The notes: generated by a model not told the origin, from the sequence alone. A stretch of DNA of 64,000 nt from an uncultured virus (IMG/VR IMGVR_UViG_3300025138_000028) (IMGVR_UViG_3300025138_000028); one strand, 5' to 3'. Shown: positions 40,557-51,912, numbered from the stretch's first letter. A program made the numbers and translations.

Positions 40557-43500
40557 ATGACATTTTATGTTTATGATAGTGTTGCTCAATTAACTAGCGT
40601 AGGATCAATTGAAGATGATATTGCTTATGTAAAATCGGATCGAAGTTTCTATCAGTTTTTTAATTTTAGTCTTATAACAGAATATTCTTATGAATTTTCT
40701 GGTGCGGATAAGATATTAAAAGGTACTGCATTTTCTGGTTTGCCGGGAGATTCTTTTACTTTAGACTTTTGGATAAAAAAGTCTAAAAATTCTAATAGTA
40801 ATGTATTCAATTCTTTTATAACTAGAAGTTCTTCTATTACAGATGAAAAATTACACAACATTACTACAGTAGGTTCTCCGACTGCAGTAGAAACGAATTA
40901 TTATGAAAGCGATCAATCGTCAATATATTTTCCAGATGATGCTGATTTAATTTTAATCAATGATTGCTTTGATAGTTTACCAACATTCGCTCCACATTCA
41001 TTTGAATATGCTTACTTTAAAAATGGTTCAAACAAAGATGTTACTATGTCAATATATGATAATAGTAACACAAATTCTCTTATTATTGATCGGGATGGAT
41101 TTATTACTAATGGATCAGCATACACGTTTGACGCTGGAGAAAAATCTATAGATGATAATTCATGGACACATAATGCGTTAGTATTCGATGGATTTGACCA
41201 TAAATTTTATAAGAATGGGCAACTTTTACCGTCAACTAGAACTACAGATATATTTGATTCTGGAAATATTAACTTAGCTGATATCGACATACAAAAAGAT
41301 GCCTCATTTTCATTTAAAACAATATTTTCTACAGCTTCGGATAGTTCTACAGTTTTAAATATAGGTGGCGCTTCTAATAATTTAAAACTAAAATCCACGA
41401 ATTTTGGCCAAAATTTAATACTTACCTTGGGTTCAAATACCGATCCTTTGAGTATTAACTACAACTCTTTATCAAATCACACGGACTCTCACGTAGTATC
41501 TCTTGATGTGAGAATTAATCCAGGTAGAATTAGACTTTGGATGGATAGTGAGTTTGTCGGATTTGATTCACAATCAACTCCTTTACTTAATGATAGATGG
41601 ACTACAGCAAATTTTAGTCCGTTAGTAGAATATACTAATAGTTATCAAGGAACGCTTTTTAGATCACCCACAATGCTAACGTCCGAAACTGGAAATAGAA
41701 CTGATGGCGCTCAGTTTTATAGTCGGACTATGTTTAGCGAAGAAACATTGAAAGATAATGCTGACGGCACTTTTGACTATTATTATCTTTATGGAGCTGT
41801 GAAAAAAATGCATCCAAAGCCATTTAGTCTATATAGTTCATGGGGATCATTTGGACTATTAAAGGGATGGCATCATCAGAGTTGGTCAAGACATAAAAGC
41901 TGGGCTACTTTTTTAGGGTATCAAGAGTATCAGGTAGGAAGTAATTTTTTCTCATTTGAAGATTTGGATATAAGATGGAAACCTTCGGGCGCTCCTCATT
42001 CTAAAGAAGATAAGGTTTATTATTTTGAGTTCGAAAATAATAAATTTGCTCAAATGAGTAATAATAAAAATTTAAATTTAATAGGAATTTTAACAGACAA
42101 AATTAATACTCAATCAAGTACTAGCGGCAATCGTTATTACAATCCGACTCATTTCATGATGGATAAAACAGATCATCCTACAAAGAATCATGGTGGATAT
42201 CAGATGAGTTTAGGCGACGGTGTAAAAAGAAGCAATTCTCTTTGGGCAAATAATGTTAAAAGTGATATTGCGAATGATACAAAACCTTTTATACTAGGCG
42301 GCCAAAGTTCTTTAGACAAATCTACTAGTATTGAATTCATGATTTCTGAACCTGATCAAAGAGTTTTTTATTTTCAAAAAGGAGTTTTTAAAGGAAGTAC
42401 TCCTTTTCCTACGTCAAACACAAGCGGATTTTTGAGAATTATTTTTCAAAAAGAGTGGTACAAACACGGCAGTAGTCGTAATCATAGTTACGACAGTAGG
42501 GCTAATAGGTATAGTTATTATAGCTATGGTACTTCTTTTTATGCTTCTTATTGGGGAACAAACGTCAATAAAGTGAAACTTAGAATTTCTCCGAATACTT
42601 GGCAATATAATCCTAATGATACTTTGATAAAGATGGCGGGTAGTTCGGTTATGAAAGACTTAGGATCTTATGGCACACATAAATTCTTAGATTCTTGGAG
42701 TGGTAACTTACTATCTGATATTAAATATAACAGGCAACTCTTTTTAGACAAATCTGCTGGAGATACAATTTCAATCTCTCTTGGTGGTAATAATCATTTA
42801 CCCACAAGTAAAAGTAATAAAAGATACATTCAAGGATTTAATGCAAGTAAGAGTGAGAAACATGGAAATATAGGGACGTCTGTTATTTCGGATTCTTTTA
42901 CAAAAATAAATGTATTAGCGAAATCTTCAGGTGGAACTATTTTGTCTTACAATACAGACGGTACTTTTATTACAAATAATGGTACAAATAGAAGTGTTGA
43001 CAATTTGTTGCCCGTAGACTTAGGACTTCAGACTTGGAAATTTTTATCTTTTAGTTATTGCGATACTGATGGTGGCACTTTTGATCTATTCGTTGATGGT
43101 ATAAAAAATTCAACTCATACTAATTTAGGTCTTTCAATATCCGATTTAAAATTATCTACATTTGAGATAGGTAACAAAGATAGTTGGAATATTACTACAG
43201 CCACATATGACAATTCTTTCGGAAATTTCGATCTACATGGACTTCGTTTACAAAATATAGCAAGGCCGTATAATCAAGCAAACTTTAATAATCCTACTCA
43301 AGCATATTTGGAGGACGCTAACACTTTACTTCTTACAGCAAATGACAATGATGCAGCAATTTCCGCTGTAGATGTTAGCCCATATTCTGCAGACGAGTTT
43401 ATATGGAAAAAAGTTAATCAATTACCGATAATTGCTGACAGTATTCCTAGAACTTTATTAAGTACTATCCCTGGAATTCTTAGTGATCACGTAGGAATTA

Positions 43501-43985
43501 ACAATACATTATCTTCTTTCGACTTTGATTCTTCTTACAGAACACAAGCTGGAGATTCTTTTAGTAGGTCTAGCCACTTAGTAAGTTTAAAAGATTCCGA
43601 TGATGCTGGAAATAAAATCGATTGGAATTATAATATTGTAAGATATTCTAATCCTATATTACAGACAGCACACGATAGTTTTTATAGACAATTCTATGTA
43701 AAAGCATATGATCTATCTGAATCTAATGTTGATAAAGAATGTTATATAAATTTTATAGGCAAACACGTAGACTCTGGAAATACATATCCTACTATTAATA
43801 GCAGATATCGAACCAATGATAGTTTTTCCTCAAATTTAAGAATTACAATGTCATATTCTGGTGATTTTGGATTACAAGTTTCCGACGTTAGCGATCATCA
43901 ACTTTATAGATATATAACTTTAGATAGCGTTCCATCAAGTTTCGATTCTTCCACTTTCATATTTGATGCAGTAGGAGATAACTAA
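40557..43985 (+). CDS. Virion protein with LamG/concanavalin-A-like domains
   Basis: FTLDFWIK, WTHNALVFDG...FYKNGQL, WKFLSFSY...LFVDG and NTLLLT motifs. Confidence 0.6.
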   Translation: MTFYVYDSVAQLTSVGSIEDDIAYVKSDRSFYQFFNFSLITEYSYEFSGADKILKGTAFSGLPGDSFTLDFWIKKSKNSNSNVFNSFITRSSSITDEKLHNITTVGSPTAVETNYYESDQSSIYFPDDADLILINDCFDSLPTFAPHSFEYAYFKNGSNKDVTMSIYDNSNTNSLIIDRDGFITNGSAYTFDAGEKSIDDNSWTHNALVFDGFDHKFYKNGQLLPSTRTTDIFDSGNINLADIDIQKDASFSFKTIFSTASDSSTVLNIGGASNNLKLKSTNFGQNLILTLGSNTDPLSINYNSLSNHTDSHVVSLDVRINPGRIRLWMDSEFVGFDSQSTPLLNDRWTTANFSPLVEYTNSYQGTLFRSPTMLTSETGNRTDGAQFYSRTMFSEETLKDNADGTFDYYYLYGAVKKMHPKPFSLYSSWGSFGLLKGWHHQSWSRHKSWATFLGYQEYQVGSNFFSFEDLDIRWKPSGAPHSKEDKVYYFEFENNKFAQMSNNKNLNLIGILTDKINTQSSTSGNRYYNPTHFMMDKTDHPTKNHGGYQMSLGDGVKRSNSLWANNVKSDIANDTKPFILGGQSSLDKSTSIEFMISEPDQRVFYFQKGVFKGSTPFPTSNTSGFLRIIFQKEWYKHGSSRNHSYDSRANRYSYYSYGTSFYASYWGTNVNKVKLRISPNTWQYNPNDTLIKMAGSSVMKDLGSYGTHKFLDSWSGNLLSDIKYNRQLFLDKSAGDTISISLGGNNHLPTSKSNKRYIQGFNASKSEKHGNIGTSVISDSFTKINVLAKSSGGTILSYNTDGTFITNNGTNRSVDNLLPVDLGLQTWKFLSFSYCDTDGGTFDLFVDGIKNSTHTNLGLSISDLKLSTFEIGNKDSWNITTATYDNSFGNFDLHGLRLQNIARPYNQANFNNPTQAYLEDANTLLLTANDNDAAISAVDVSPYSADEFIWKKVNQLPIIADSIPRTLLSTIPGILSDHVGINNTLSSFDFDSSYRTQAGDSFSRSSHLVSLKDSDDAGNKIDWNYNIVRYSNPILQTAHDSFYRQFYVKAYDLSESNVDKECYINFIGKHVDSGNTYPTINSRYRTNDSFSSNLRITMSYSGDFGLQVSDVSDHQLYRYITLDSVPSSFDSSTFIFDAVGDN

Positions 43986-46594
43986 TGCCCACACAAGACC
44001 ACGTTTATTGGGATTCTGTAAGTTTTAAATTTTTAAAATATGTAGATAATTCTTATATTACCATAGGCGCAGTAAATGATTTAGTTGATAGTGTGCGAGA
44101 TACTAATGGACTTTTCAGTTTACATTTTAGAGATAGTTTTGATGTTTCTGTGGACGCACATTCGCCTATTGTATCTCTAGGAAATTTAGATTCTGACAAT
44201 AATAATATTACATGGACTTTGACTTTAAAAAATAGTTCTCTCCCAGCCATTTCAGGTGCAAAATTTACAGCATCTAAAATAGTTGCTGGTGGACCTGGAA
44301 TATTTACAATAAGTCCTTCATTGGATTTAACTGATTCCGAAACAGTTAGATTGACTTCACAAACACCAGATTTGTATGAGATTGAAGGTAAAATATCCTC
44401 ATCTACATCAAATGTTCCAAGAATTAGTGGAATTGATTCATATGATTTTAATTCTTTTACAGCATTATTAGAATGGGATCCATATCAAATAAATGTAGTA
44501 GATGCAAATTTTGAAGAAGGATTATCGCTCTTAGCTTTAGGAGCCCCTGATGTAAAATTCAAAAAAAGTTCTAAGTTTATCGTTGATACTCAAGCACAAG
44601 ATTTTCTTTTCGATAGTTTAGGAAATAATTTATATGTAGCGGCAAATAGCGCAACAATAAAAACCATCAATCAATATCCTATTAGTTCATTTGCTGTAGA
44701 AAATGCTTCTGCATCTACAGTTTCTATAGGAAACCTTTCTTTGTCGCCCACTTTAGGTTATTTTGATGGAAAATCAACAAATTCTAGTTATATAAGTGGA
44801 ATAGAAATAAATGATTCTGAAAATAAATTACTTATAGGCGATAGAGGTCATAATAGAATATATCAATATGATATGGACTCTCCTGGTATGGTATCTTCAG
44901 CTAAATTTGTTACTGATTATATAGAAGATATTAAGATCACAGAAACTACTCCTTATCGCAGTACAAATATGAGAGATTTTACTTTAAGTATTGGACCGTA
45001 TTATTGGAGGTTTCCATACTATAGAATTCCTTTTTGGAGTAGTAGTACTCCAGTTTGGGATAGAACTTTTGACACATATATTAGTAAAGATGGAAAACAC
45101 TATTACACTATGGATGCAGAAAAAATTAGTCAATGGACTTTATCTAAAGCTAATGATATTTCATCTGCCGTATATGTTAGAGATATGCCTATTTTAACTA
45201 CTTCATCATACTGGGATAATAATACTGTAAATACATTTTATAGATATTGGCGGCAAAAAGCTGGGATACGAGATATACACACTACTTCTAGAAGAACGCA
45301 TGTTATATCTAAATCAGGTACTTGGAATGGTAATCCTACAGATATAACTGAAAGAGCGGGATATCCACACATTGTAAAAACAGGACAACATCCTATATAT
45401 TTTTACATAGTGTATTATGTACAATCAACCAAGTTTATTCATACTACATTTCCTCAATGTTTTACTATGAGTGATGACGGTACAAAGCTTTTTATTACTT
45501 GGGGAATTGCTTATAGTAGAGGTTATATCACAACATACGATTTAACGATTCCATTTGACATATCTACAGCTTCAGAATTAGAAACTGTGGAACATGCGAT
45601 AGGTTCAAAAACTTCTAGTGCATATGATGTTACTCAACCTAAAATAGAAGGCGTGCAGTCAATTCAATTTAATAGTAGCGGAGATAAAGTAACTTTGTGG
45701 GATAATAATACCCAAAGAGCATATCAATACAATGTACCTACTGCATACACTCTTTCTTCTATTAGTATGCCGGATAATTTTTTAGATACTGTTCTTGATC
45801 CTGTGGAATCCATTTCTCCAATAATATCTATGACACCTATAGCAAAATACTTTAGGTTTAATAATAACGGAACAAAATTTTATGTCTCTAATGATCTAAC
45901 TATGAAACAGTACTCTATGTCTACAGCATATGATTTAGGGACTGCAGTATTCGATACTGAATATGCTTCATTAAATACTAATAGTTATGGAAATTTTAAT
46001 TTAAATGATAGTGAAAATAAAATATTCAGTGCTGAAGAATATAAAATAACTCAATATTCTTTAACAGCTTCTTCCTCGGCAAATAACGATAGTGCAGATT
46101 TATCTTCTAGATATCTTAGTGTTAATACTATTAAATTTAAAGATTTAGATAGTGCAGTTCCTAGTAACTCTTTGACAGACGTTATTTTAAATTCTCAAGG
46201 CACTAAAATGTACGTTTCTGAAAATAATAATGACAATATTCATCTATATCTTCTTTCGGATTCAAATATAGTTTCTAGTGCAGTCTATGAATCTACCTTT
46301 ACGGCAACATCAAGTGCTAGTTTACAGGGAATATATCTTACTCCAACGGAAGATAAAATCTTAGGAATAGATTTAGCCGGATTCATTAGAGAATATGATA
46401 TACATGAATCATATTTTGCACAAACTTCATGGAATACTAACGAGTTTAAAGTGACAGGCAATTTCGTATCTGATACTACAGATATTAAATTTCATCCAGA
46501 TGGAAGCAAATTTGTGACATTGGGTAAAAGTGGTGGAGATTATTCATTCGATCTATATACAACTAAGAATAATTTCATTATCAAACCTATATAA
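43985..46594 (+). CDS. Virion protein with beta-propeller-like repeats
   Basis: Recurrent F(N/S)xxGTK(F/M)Y...QY.(L/M)S.A(Y/F)D(I/L)S(T/S)A units. Confidence 0.6.
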   Translation: MPTQDHVYWDSVSFKFLKYVDNSYITIGAVNDLVDSVRDTNGLFSLHFRDSFDVSVDAHSPIVSLGNLDSDNNNITWTLTLKNSSLPAISGAKFTASKIVAGGPGIFTISPSLDLTDSETVRLTSQTPDLYEIEGKISSSTSNVPRISGIDSYDFNSFTALLEWDPYQINVVDANFEEGLSLLALGAPDVKFKKSSKFIVDTQAQDFLFDSLGNNLYVAANSATIKTINQYPISSFAVENASASTVSIGNLSLSPTLGYFDGKSTNSSYISGIEINDSENKLLIGDRGHNRIYQYDMDSPGMVSSAKFVTDYIEDIKITETTPYRSTNMRDFTLSIGPYYWRFPYYRIPFWSSSTPVWDRTFDTYISKDGKHYYTMDAEKISQWTLSKANDISSAVYVRDMPILTTSSYWDNNTVNTFYRYWRQKAGIRDIHTTSRRTHVISKSGTWNGNPTDITERAGYPHIVKTGQHPIYFYIVYYVQSTKFIHTTFPQCFTMSDDGTKLFITWGIAYSRGYITTYDLTIPFDISTASELETVEHAIGSKTSSAYDVTQPKIEGVQSIQFNSSGDKVTLWDNNTQRAYQYNVPTAYTLSSISMPDNFLDTVLDPVESISPIISMTPIAKYFRFNNNGTKFYVSNDLTMKQYSMSTAYDLGTAVFDTEYASLNTNSYGNFNLNDSENKIFSAEEYKITQYSLTASSSANNDSADLSSRYLSVNTIKFKDLDSAVPSNSLTDVILNSQGTKMYVSENNNDNIHLYLLSDSNIVSSAVYESTFTATSSASLQGIYLTPTEDKILGIDLAGFIREYDIHESYFAQTSWNTNEFKVTGNFVSDTTDIKFHPDGSKFVTLGKSGGDYSFDLYTTKNNFIIKPI

Positions 46595-46597
46595 ATA
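46590..46597 (+). promoter_or_regulatory. T4-type late promoter TATAAATA overlapping the upstream stop codon
   Basis: Exact consensus about 30 nt before gp13. Confidence 0.75.
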
Positions 46598-46627
46598 ACA
46601 CTAAAGAACATCTAATGAGGAAATCTA

Positions 46628-47386
46628 ATGTCTGCTAATCATCCCAGTACAAGAGACCAATTGATCGAATATTGTCTGAGAAAGTTAGGTCAGCCAGTCA
46701 TTGAGGTTAATGTTGCTCAAGAACAATTAGAAGATAGAATCGATGACGCTTTAGCATATTTTCAAGAGTTTAATTCAGATGCTACTCTTAGAACTTTTCT
46801 AAAACATTTAGTTACATCAACGGACGTCACAAATAAATATATTCCTGTAGATTCTAGTATTCATATAGTAAAAAAATTATTTCCTGTAATTACATCTGGA
46901 AATAGTATGAATTTCTTTGATGTTAAGTATCAAATGATGTTAAACGATGTTGCTGATATGGGCAGCTTTATAGGCGATTTGATGTATTACGATCAAATGC
47001 AACAACATCTATCATTAATCGATCAAAAGTTGAATGGAATACCTCAAGTAAACTTTTCAAGAATGCAAAATAGATTGCATATTCATGGCGAATGGTCAGA
47101 TGGCGATATTGAAGTTGGCGATTATCTTGTTATGGAAGTTTTTCAGATAATTGATCCTGATACTCATACAAATGTTTACAACGATAGATTTTTAAAAGAA
47201 TATGCTACCGCACTAATTAAAAAGCAGTGGGGTTCTAATCTTATCAAGTTTGAAGGCATGGTTATGCCTGGAGGCGTTATGTTGAATGGTAGACAGATAT
47301 ATGACGATGCTGTTGCAGAAATCAGCGAACTAGAAGAAAAGGTAAGACTAGAACACGAAATGCCTGCAGATTTCTTTATGGGATAA
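46628..47386 (+). CDS. gp13: Neck protein gp13
   Basis: LIEYCLRKLGQPVIEVNV...QLEDRIDDAL; KEYATALIKKQWGSNLIKF..MPGGVMLNG. Confidence 0.93.
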   Translation: MSANHPSTRDQLIEYCLRKLGQPVIEVNVAQEQLEDRIDDALAYFQEFNSDATLRTFLKHLVTSTDVTNKYIPVDSSIHIVKKLFPVITSGNSMNFFDVKYQMMLNDVADMGSFIGDLMYYDQMQQHLSLIDQKLNGIPQVNFSRMQNRLHIHGEWSDGDIEVGDYLVMEVFQIIDPDTHTNVYNDRFLKEYATALIKKQWGSNLIKFEGMVMPGGVMLNGRQIYDDAVAEISELEEKVRLEHEMPADFFMG

Positions 47387-47393
47387 TTAGATA

Positions 47394-47999
47394 ATGGCAA
47401 CTAATATATACTTTTCTCATAAAGTACAAAGCGAAACGACACTCTATGAAGATATAATCATAGAGTCTCTGAAGATGTATGGTCAAGACGTTTACTATTT
47501 GCCCCGTACAATGGTAAATGAAAATAAAGTTTTTGGAGAAGATGTTCCATCAATTTTTAATTCTTCATATAAGATAGAAATGTATATTGAAAACATTGAG
47601 GGCTTTGATGGTGAAGGCGATCTTTTTACAAAGTTTGGAGTTGAAATTAGAGATGCTGCAACATTTGTAGTTTCGCGTAGGCGTTGGACTGGCTTAGTAA
47701 GTCAACAAAGTAATGATATTTCTCAGATCGAAAGACCCGCTGAAGGTGATCTGATATATTTACCATTATCAAATTCGATGTTTCAAATAATGCATGTTGA
47801 ACATGAATCTCCTTTCTATGCGTTGAAAAATTTGCCCACTTATCAATTGCGATGTGAACTATTTGAATATAATGACGAAAACTTTGAAACTTCTAATGAG
47901 GAAATAAACAAGATTGAACGTGACGGATCTTATACTTACGAACTTACTGTTGATCAACCCAGAGCAGGTGCAGCCACAGTTATTATTGGTGATTTATAA
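47394..47999 (+). CDS. gp14: Neck/head completion protein gp14, N-terminal core
   Basis: ESLKMYGQDVYYLPR, FGED, KFGVEIRD, RPAEGDLIYLP and CELFEY. Confidence 0.9.
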   Translation: MATNIYFSHKVQSETTLYEDIIIESLKMYGQDVYYLPRTMVNENKVFGEDVPSIFNSSYKIEMYIENIEGFDGEGDLFTKFGVEIRDAATFVVSRRRWTGLVSQQSNDISQIERPAEGDLIYLPLSNSMFQIMHVEHESPFYALKNLPTYQLRCELFEYNDENFETSNEEINKIERDGSYTYELTVDQPRAGAATVIIGDL

Positions 48000-49084
48000 T
48001 GAGTAGTATTCGTGCAGTAAATATAACAGATTTCGGTAATCTATATGATAGTGCTCCAGCTATATCAATAACATTACCGCCATTCACAGCCACACATGCT
48101 GTAGCTTCTCCTGTAATGACGGGTGATGGAAGTATAGATTCAATTCATGTGTCTGTAAAAGGAAGAGGATATCTTGTAACTCCCAATGTTTTAGTATCTG
48201 GAATAACAGATTCAAGTGGAAAACAAGCAACGGCATCTTTACTTTACGATTCTATTAATGATAGAGTTTCGTCTATATCTTTAGTAGATTCTGGAAAATT
48301 TTATAATCTAGTTCCTGCTGTAATTTTTTCTTCGCCAGACTCTGGAATTATTTCTGCAGCGGCAACAGCAACTATAGAATCTGGACAAGTGACAAGTTTA
48401 ACTTTAACAAATCAAGGTGCTGGATATTATAATTCACCCACAATAACATTATCTGCTCCTACAGATGACCCTAATAATTACCGAGCATTTGCTGAAGCTA
48501 TAATGGATAGTGATGATGACAATAATAGCATTTCTCATATTAGAATGCTCACTAATGGTAAATTTTATACTGGTCAAGCCACAGCAACTGTAGACTCATC
48601 TACAGGAACAGCAGCACATTTTTCGGCATCTCTTACTGCAATTTTAAATTTTGAAACTAAAAAAATATTAAGAATTGATATTGATAGTGCGGGAAAATAT
48701 TATGATTCAGCTACTCCTCCAGTTATTACCTTAGCACCTCCACCATCTAGAAGATTTGATGTTGGAGAAAAAGTTACTCAAGTAGTGGGAAATACAATAA
48801 TGCATGGAGAAGTTTCTCACTATAATTCAGATACTCGCATAATATCTGTTATTCATGCAGGAGCAGCGGACGGTACATTTAAACAATTTACACCCGATGC
48901 AGATTCAAGTAAATTTCTTGTGGGTTCAACACATGGAAATAAATTTGAAATTTTATCCGTATCAGAAACTAATAAAATTTCGGAAATTGAACAGAACGAA
49001 GATTTTTCAGCAACTACAACAAATGTTTTATTGGACTTTTTAGATTTCTCTGAGACTAATCCATTCGGCGATCCGGGAGATTAA
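47999..49084 (+). CDS. DS-rich beta-repeat protein carrying a gp14-type C-terminus (LDFSETNPFG)
   Basis: GxGY.xxPTIT-type repeats; ends LDFSETNPFGDPGD; coupled to gp14 by TAATG. Confidence 0.65.
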   Translation: MSSIRAVNITDFGNLYDSAPAISITLPPFTATHAVASPVMTGDGSIDSIHVSVKGRGYLVTPNVLVSGITDSSGKQATASLLYDSINDRVSSISLVDSGKFYNLVPAVIFSSPDSGIISAAATATIESGQVTSLTLTNQGAGYYNSPTITLSAPTDDPNNYRAFAEAIMDSDDDNNSISHIRMLTNGKFYTGQATATVDSSTGTAAHFSASLTAILNFETKKILRIDIDSAGKYYDSATPPVITLAPPPSRRFDVGEKVTQVVGNTIMHGEVSHYNSDTRIISVIHAGAADGTFKQFTPDADSSKFLVGSTHGNKFEILSVSETNKISEIEQNEDFSATTTNVLLDFLDFSETNPFGDPGD

Positions 49085-49086
49085 TC

Positions 49087-49872
49087 ATGCTAGAATATTT
49101 TTACCACGAAAGAATTAGAAAGTCCGTAGCTATCTTTGGAACAATGTTCAATGACATAATGGTTTTGAGGAAGCGTAGTGATGGTAGAGTAATCAGCCAA
49201 ATAAAAGTACCACTCTCATACGCTCCTAAAGAAAAATATCTTGCGAGAATTAGATCAAATCCAGACTTAGATACTGATACTAAAGTGGCTTTAAAGTTAC
49301 CTAGAATGTCTTTCGAAATTACATCTTTACAGTACAATACAGAACGAAAATTGCCTAAGATGAACCAATTTTCCAATACTGCTACGTCTACAACAAAGAA
49401 TAAATTTTTTACGCCAGCGCCATATGACATTTCATTTCAATTAAATATTTACGCAAAAACGCAAGACGATGCACTTCAGATAGTTGAACAGATAATACCA
49501 TACTTTAATCCTCATTATACAATAACAATGAAACCTTTTGCTACACTTGCTAGTAGTATAAAAGAAGATGTTCCTATTACACTAACTAGTGTAAACTTTT
49601 CCGATGATTTTGAAGGATCATTAGAACAAAGGCGAACTATAATTTATACTTTAGATTTTACAATGCTTGCAAATTTTTATGGTCCTATTAACAGCGGCAA
49701 GATCGTTAGAAAAACGATAACGGATGTTCATAATCAAATTTTAGGTGATTCTAGTGATCCTCAACTTGCTCAATATACGATAGATCCTAATCCATTAGGA
49801 ATAAGTCCGCCTACTGGAGATAGTGATTTTGGTTTTACTCAAACTATAACAGAAAATTTTGATAGTGCATAG
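49087..49872 (+). CDS. gp15: Tail sheath stabiliser/terminator gp15
   Basis: FGTMFNDI, KVPLSYAPKEK, LPRMSFE, QIVEQIIPYFNP and RRTIIYTLDF. Confidence 0.93.
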   Translation: MLEYFYHERIRKSVAIFGTMFNDIMVLRKRSDGRVISQIKVPLSYAPKEKYLARIRSNPDLDTDTKVALKLPRMSFEITSLQYNTERKLPKMNQFSNTATSTTKNKFFTPAPYDISFQLNIYAKTQDDALQIVEQIIPYFNPHYTITMKPFATLASSIKEDVPITLTSVNFSDDFEGSLEQRRTIIYTLDFTMLANFYGPINSGKIVRKTITDVHNQILGDSSDPQLAQYTIDPNPLGISPPTGDSDFGFTQTITENFDSA

Positions 49873-49881
49873 GAAAGAATA

Positions 49882-50238
49882 ATGAGTGATTCAGATAATG
49901 TAAAAAGCGATTTAGAGTTTTCAAGAGATACTTATTATGATCTTATTAATAAAGGTCAAGAATCTCTAAGTGAAATGATGAATATAGCCTCAGCCCTAGA
50001 GCATCCTAGAGCATTTGAAGTTGTAGCAACTCTCATAAAAAATGTCTCGGATGTTAATGACAAATTGCTTGACTTACATAAGAAAAAAAATGATCTTAAA
50101 GGACAAAGCAAAGCAAAACAAATTGAAGGTAATACAACTAACAATAATTTATTTGTTGGATCTACGGTAGAACTTCAAAGAATGTTACAGAATATTGATG
50201 ATCCCAAAGTGATTGATACTACAGATGATATTAAATGA
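49882..50238 (+). CDS. gp16: Terminase small subunit gp16
   Basis: HPRAFEVVATLIK and TNNNLFVGSTVELQ; precedes the large terminase. Confidence 0.88.
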   Translation: MSDSDNVKSDLEFSRDTYYDLINKGQESLSEMMNIASALEHPRAFEVVATLIKNVSDVNDKLLDLHKKKNDLKGQSKAKQIEGNTTNNNLFVGSTVELQRMLQNIDDPKVIDTTDDIK

Positions 50239-51829
50239 AAAAGAAAGCTATTTAGGTAATCCCAATGTAAAACGTGATGGGATTGCACAACAATGGCAAC
50301 AAAGTGAGGTGAAAGAATATGCGAAATGCATGAAAGATCCTGCTTATTTTGCTAAAACTTATTGCAAAATTATATCTCTTGACAAAGGTCTTGTCAACTT
50401 TAAATTATATCCATATCAAGAAAAAATGTTCAAAAATTTTAACGACAACAGATTTTCTATTGTATTGGCATGTAGACAGTCCGGTAAATCTATTTCTTCA
50501 TGTGCTTATCTACTTTGGTTTGCATTATTCCATAGTGAACAAACTATTGCCGTTATGGCAAACAAAGGCGCAACTGCAAGAGAAATGCTTAATCGTGTAA
50601 CACTCATGCTTGAAGGATTACCATTCTTCTTACAACCAGGATGTAAAGCCCTTAATAAAGGATCTATTGAATTTAGCAATAATTCTAGAATTGTAGCCGC
50701 GGCTACATCAGGATCATCAATTCGTGGTATGTCCGTTAATCTTCTATACCTTGACGAGTTTGCATTTGTAGAAAATGCAGCAACATTTTATACATCAACT
50801 TATCCAGTTGTTTCAAGTGGTAGAACAACAAAAGTAATAATAACTTCAACTGCGAATGGTGTTGGCAATATTTTTCATAAAATATGGGAAGGCGCCGTTC
50901 AAAAAACTAACGAATACGTTCCTTTTCGTGTTGATTGGTGGGATGTTCCTGGTAGAGATGATAATTGGAAAAAAGAAACTATATCAAATACATCTCAACT
51001 ACAGTTTGACCAAGAGTTTGGTAACACTTTTATGGGTACAGGAAACACGCTCATTGATGCTGAATGTCTTTTAAAATTAAAAGCTAAAGAGCCTATTAGA
51101 CGAATTGATAAAGATAATGTATTAATTTATAAAGAACCTCTACCAGATAGTTCATATGTATGTTTAGTAGATGTTGCTAAAGGTAGAGGCCAAGATTATT
51201 CTACATTTAATATAATTGATGTTACTAATGGTAATTCTATAGAACAAGTTTTGGTTTACAGATGTAATACAATATCTCCATTGTTATTTCCTAATATAAT
51301 TGAAAAATATGCAAAGTCATACAATAACGCTACAATTGTTGTAGAATCTAATGACGCAGGAATGGTAGTGTGTAATGGATTGTATCATGATTTAGAATAT
51401 GAGAATATGTATGTAGAATCTTTAGTGAAAGCCGATGCTATTGGAATTAATATGAATAGAAAAGTCAAAAGAATTGGATGTTCGGCATTTAAAGATTTAA
51501 TAGAAACAGATAAAATAAAAATACATGACGAACAAACTATTTTAGAAATATCTACATTTGAAGCTAGAGGTAATTCATGGCAAGCAACTGATGGAAATAA
51601 TGATGATCTTGTAATGAATTTTATTTTATTTGGATATTATGTGGGAACTTCGGATTTTCAGGCACTTACAGATATCAATATTAAAGATTTAATGTTCTCT
51701 CAAAGAATGCAAGAGATTGAAAATGATATGTTACCTTTTGGATTTATAGAAGATGGACAAACTGAAGTCGAAACACCAATGGATGACGGTTGGCAAATTA
51801 GGCAAGCAGAACATTGGGATGGATGGTAA
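50213..51829 (+). CDS. gp17: Terminase large subunit gp17 (start 50213 TTG or 50225 ATG)
   Basis: YLGNPN, Walker A RQSGKS, Walker B LYLDEFAF, TSTANG; nuclease DVAKGRGQDYS and NDDLVM. Confidence 0.96.
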   Translation: MILQMILNEKESYLGNPNVKRDGIAQQWQQSEVKEYAKCMKDPAYFAKTYCKIISLDKGLVNFKLYPYQEKMFKNFNDNRFSIVLACRQSGKSISSCAYLLWFALFHSEQTIAVMANKGATAREMLNRVTLMLEGLPFFLQPGCKALNKGSIEFSNNSRIVAAATSGSSIRGMSVNLLYLDEFAFVENAATFYTSTYPVVSSGRTTKVIITSTANGVGNIFHKIWEGAVQKTNEYVPFRVDWWDVPGRDDNWKKETISNTSQLQFDQEFGNTFMGTGNTLIDAECLLKLKAKEPIRRIDKDNVLIYKEPLPDSSYVCLVDVAKGRGQDYSTFNIIDVTNGNSIEQVLVYRCNTISPLLFPNIIEKYAKSYNNATIVVESNDAGMVVCNGLYHDLEYENMYVESLVKADAIGINMNRKVKRIGCSAFKDLIETDKIKIHDEQTILEISTFEARGNSWQATDGNNDDLVMNFILFGYYVGTSDFQALTDINIKDLMFSQRMQEIENDMLPFGFIEDGQTEVETPMDDGWQIRQAEHWDGW

Positions 51830-51840
51830 AAATAAAATCT

Positions 51841-51848
51841 TATAAATA
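51841..51848 (+). promoter_or_regulatory. T4-type late promoter TATAAATA
   Basis: Exact consensus, intergenic, before gp18. Confidence 0.8.
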
Positions 51849-51912
51849 TCAGTAATTGAATATAATCGTATTATGATAACATATAATTCTATACTTGGAA
51901 AAGGAAATAGAC

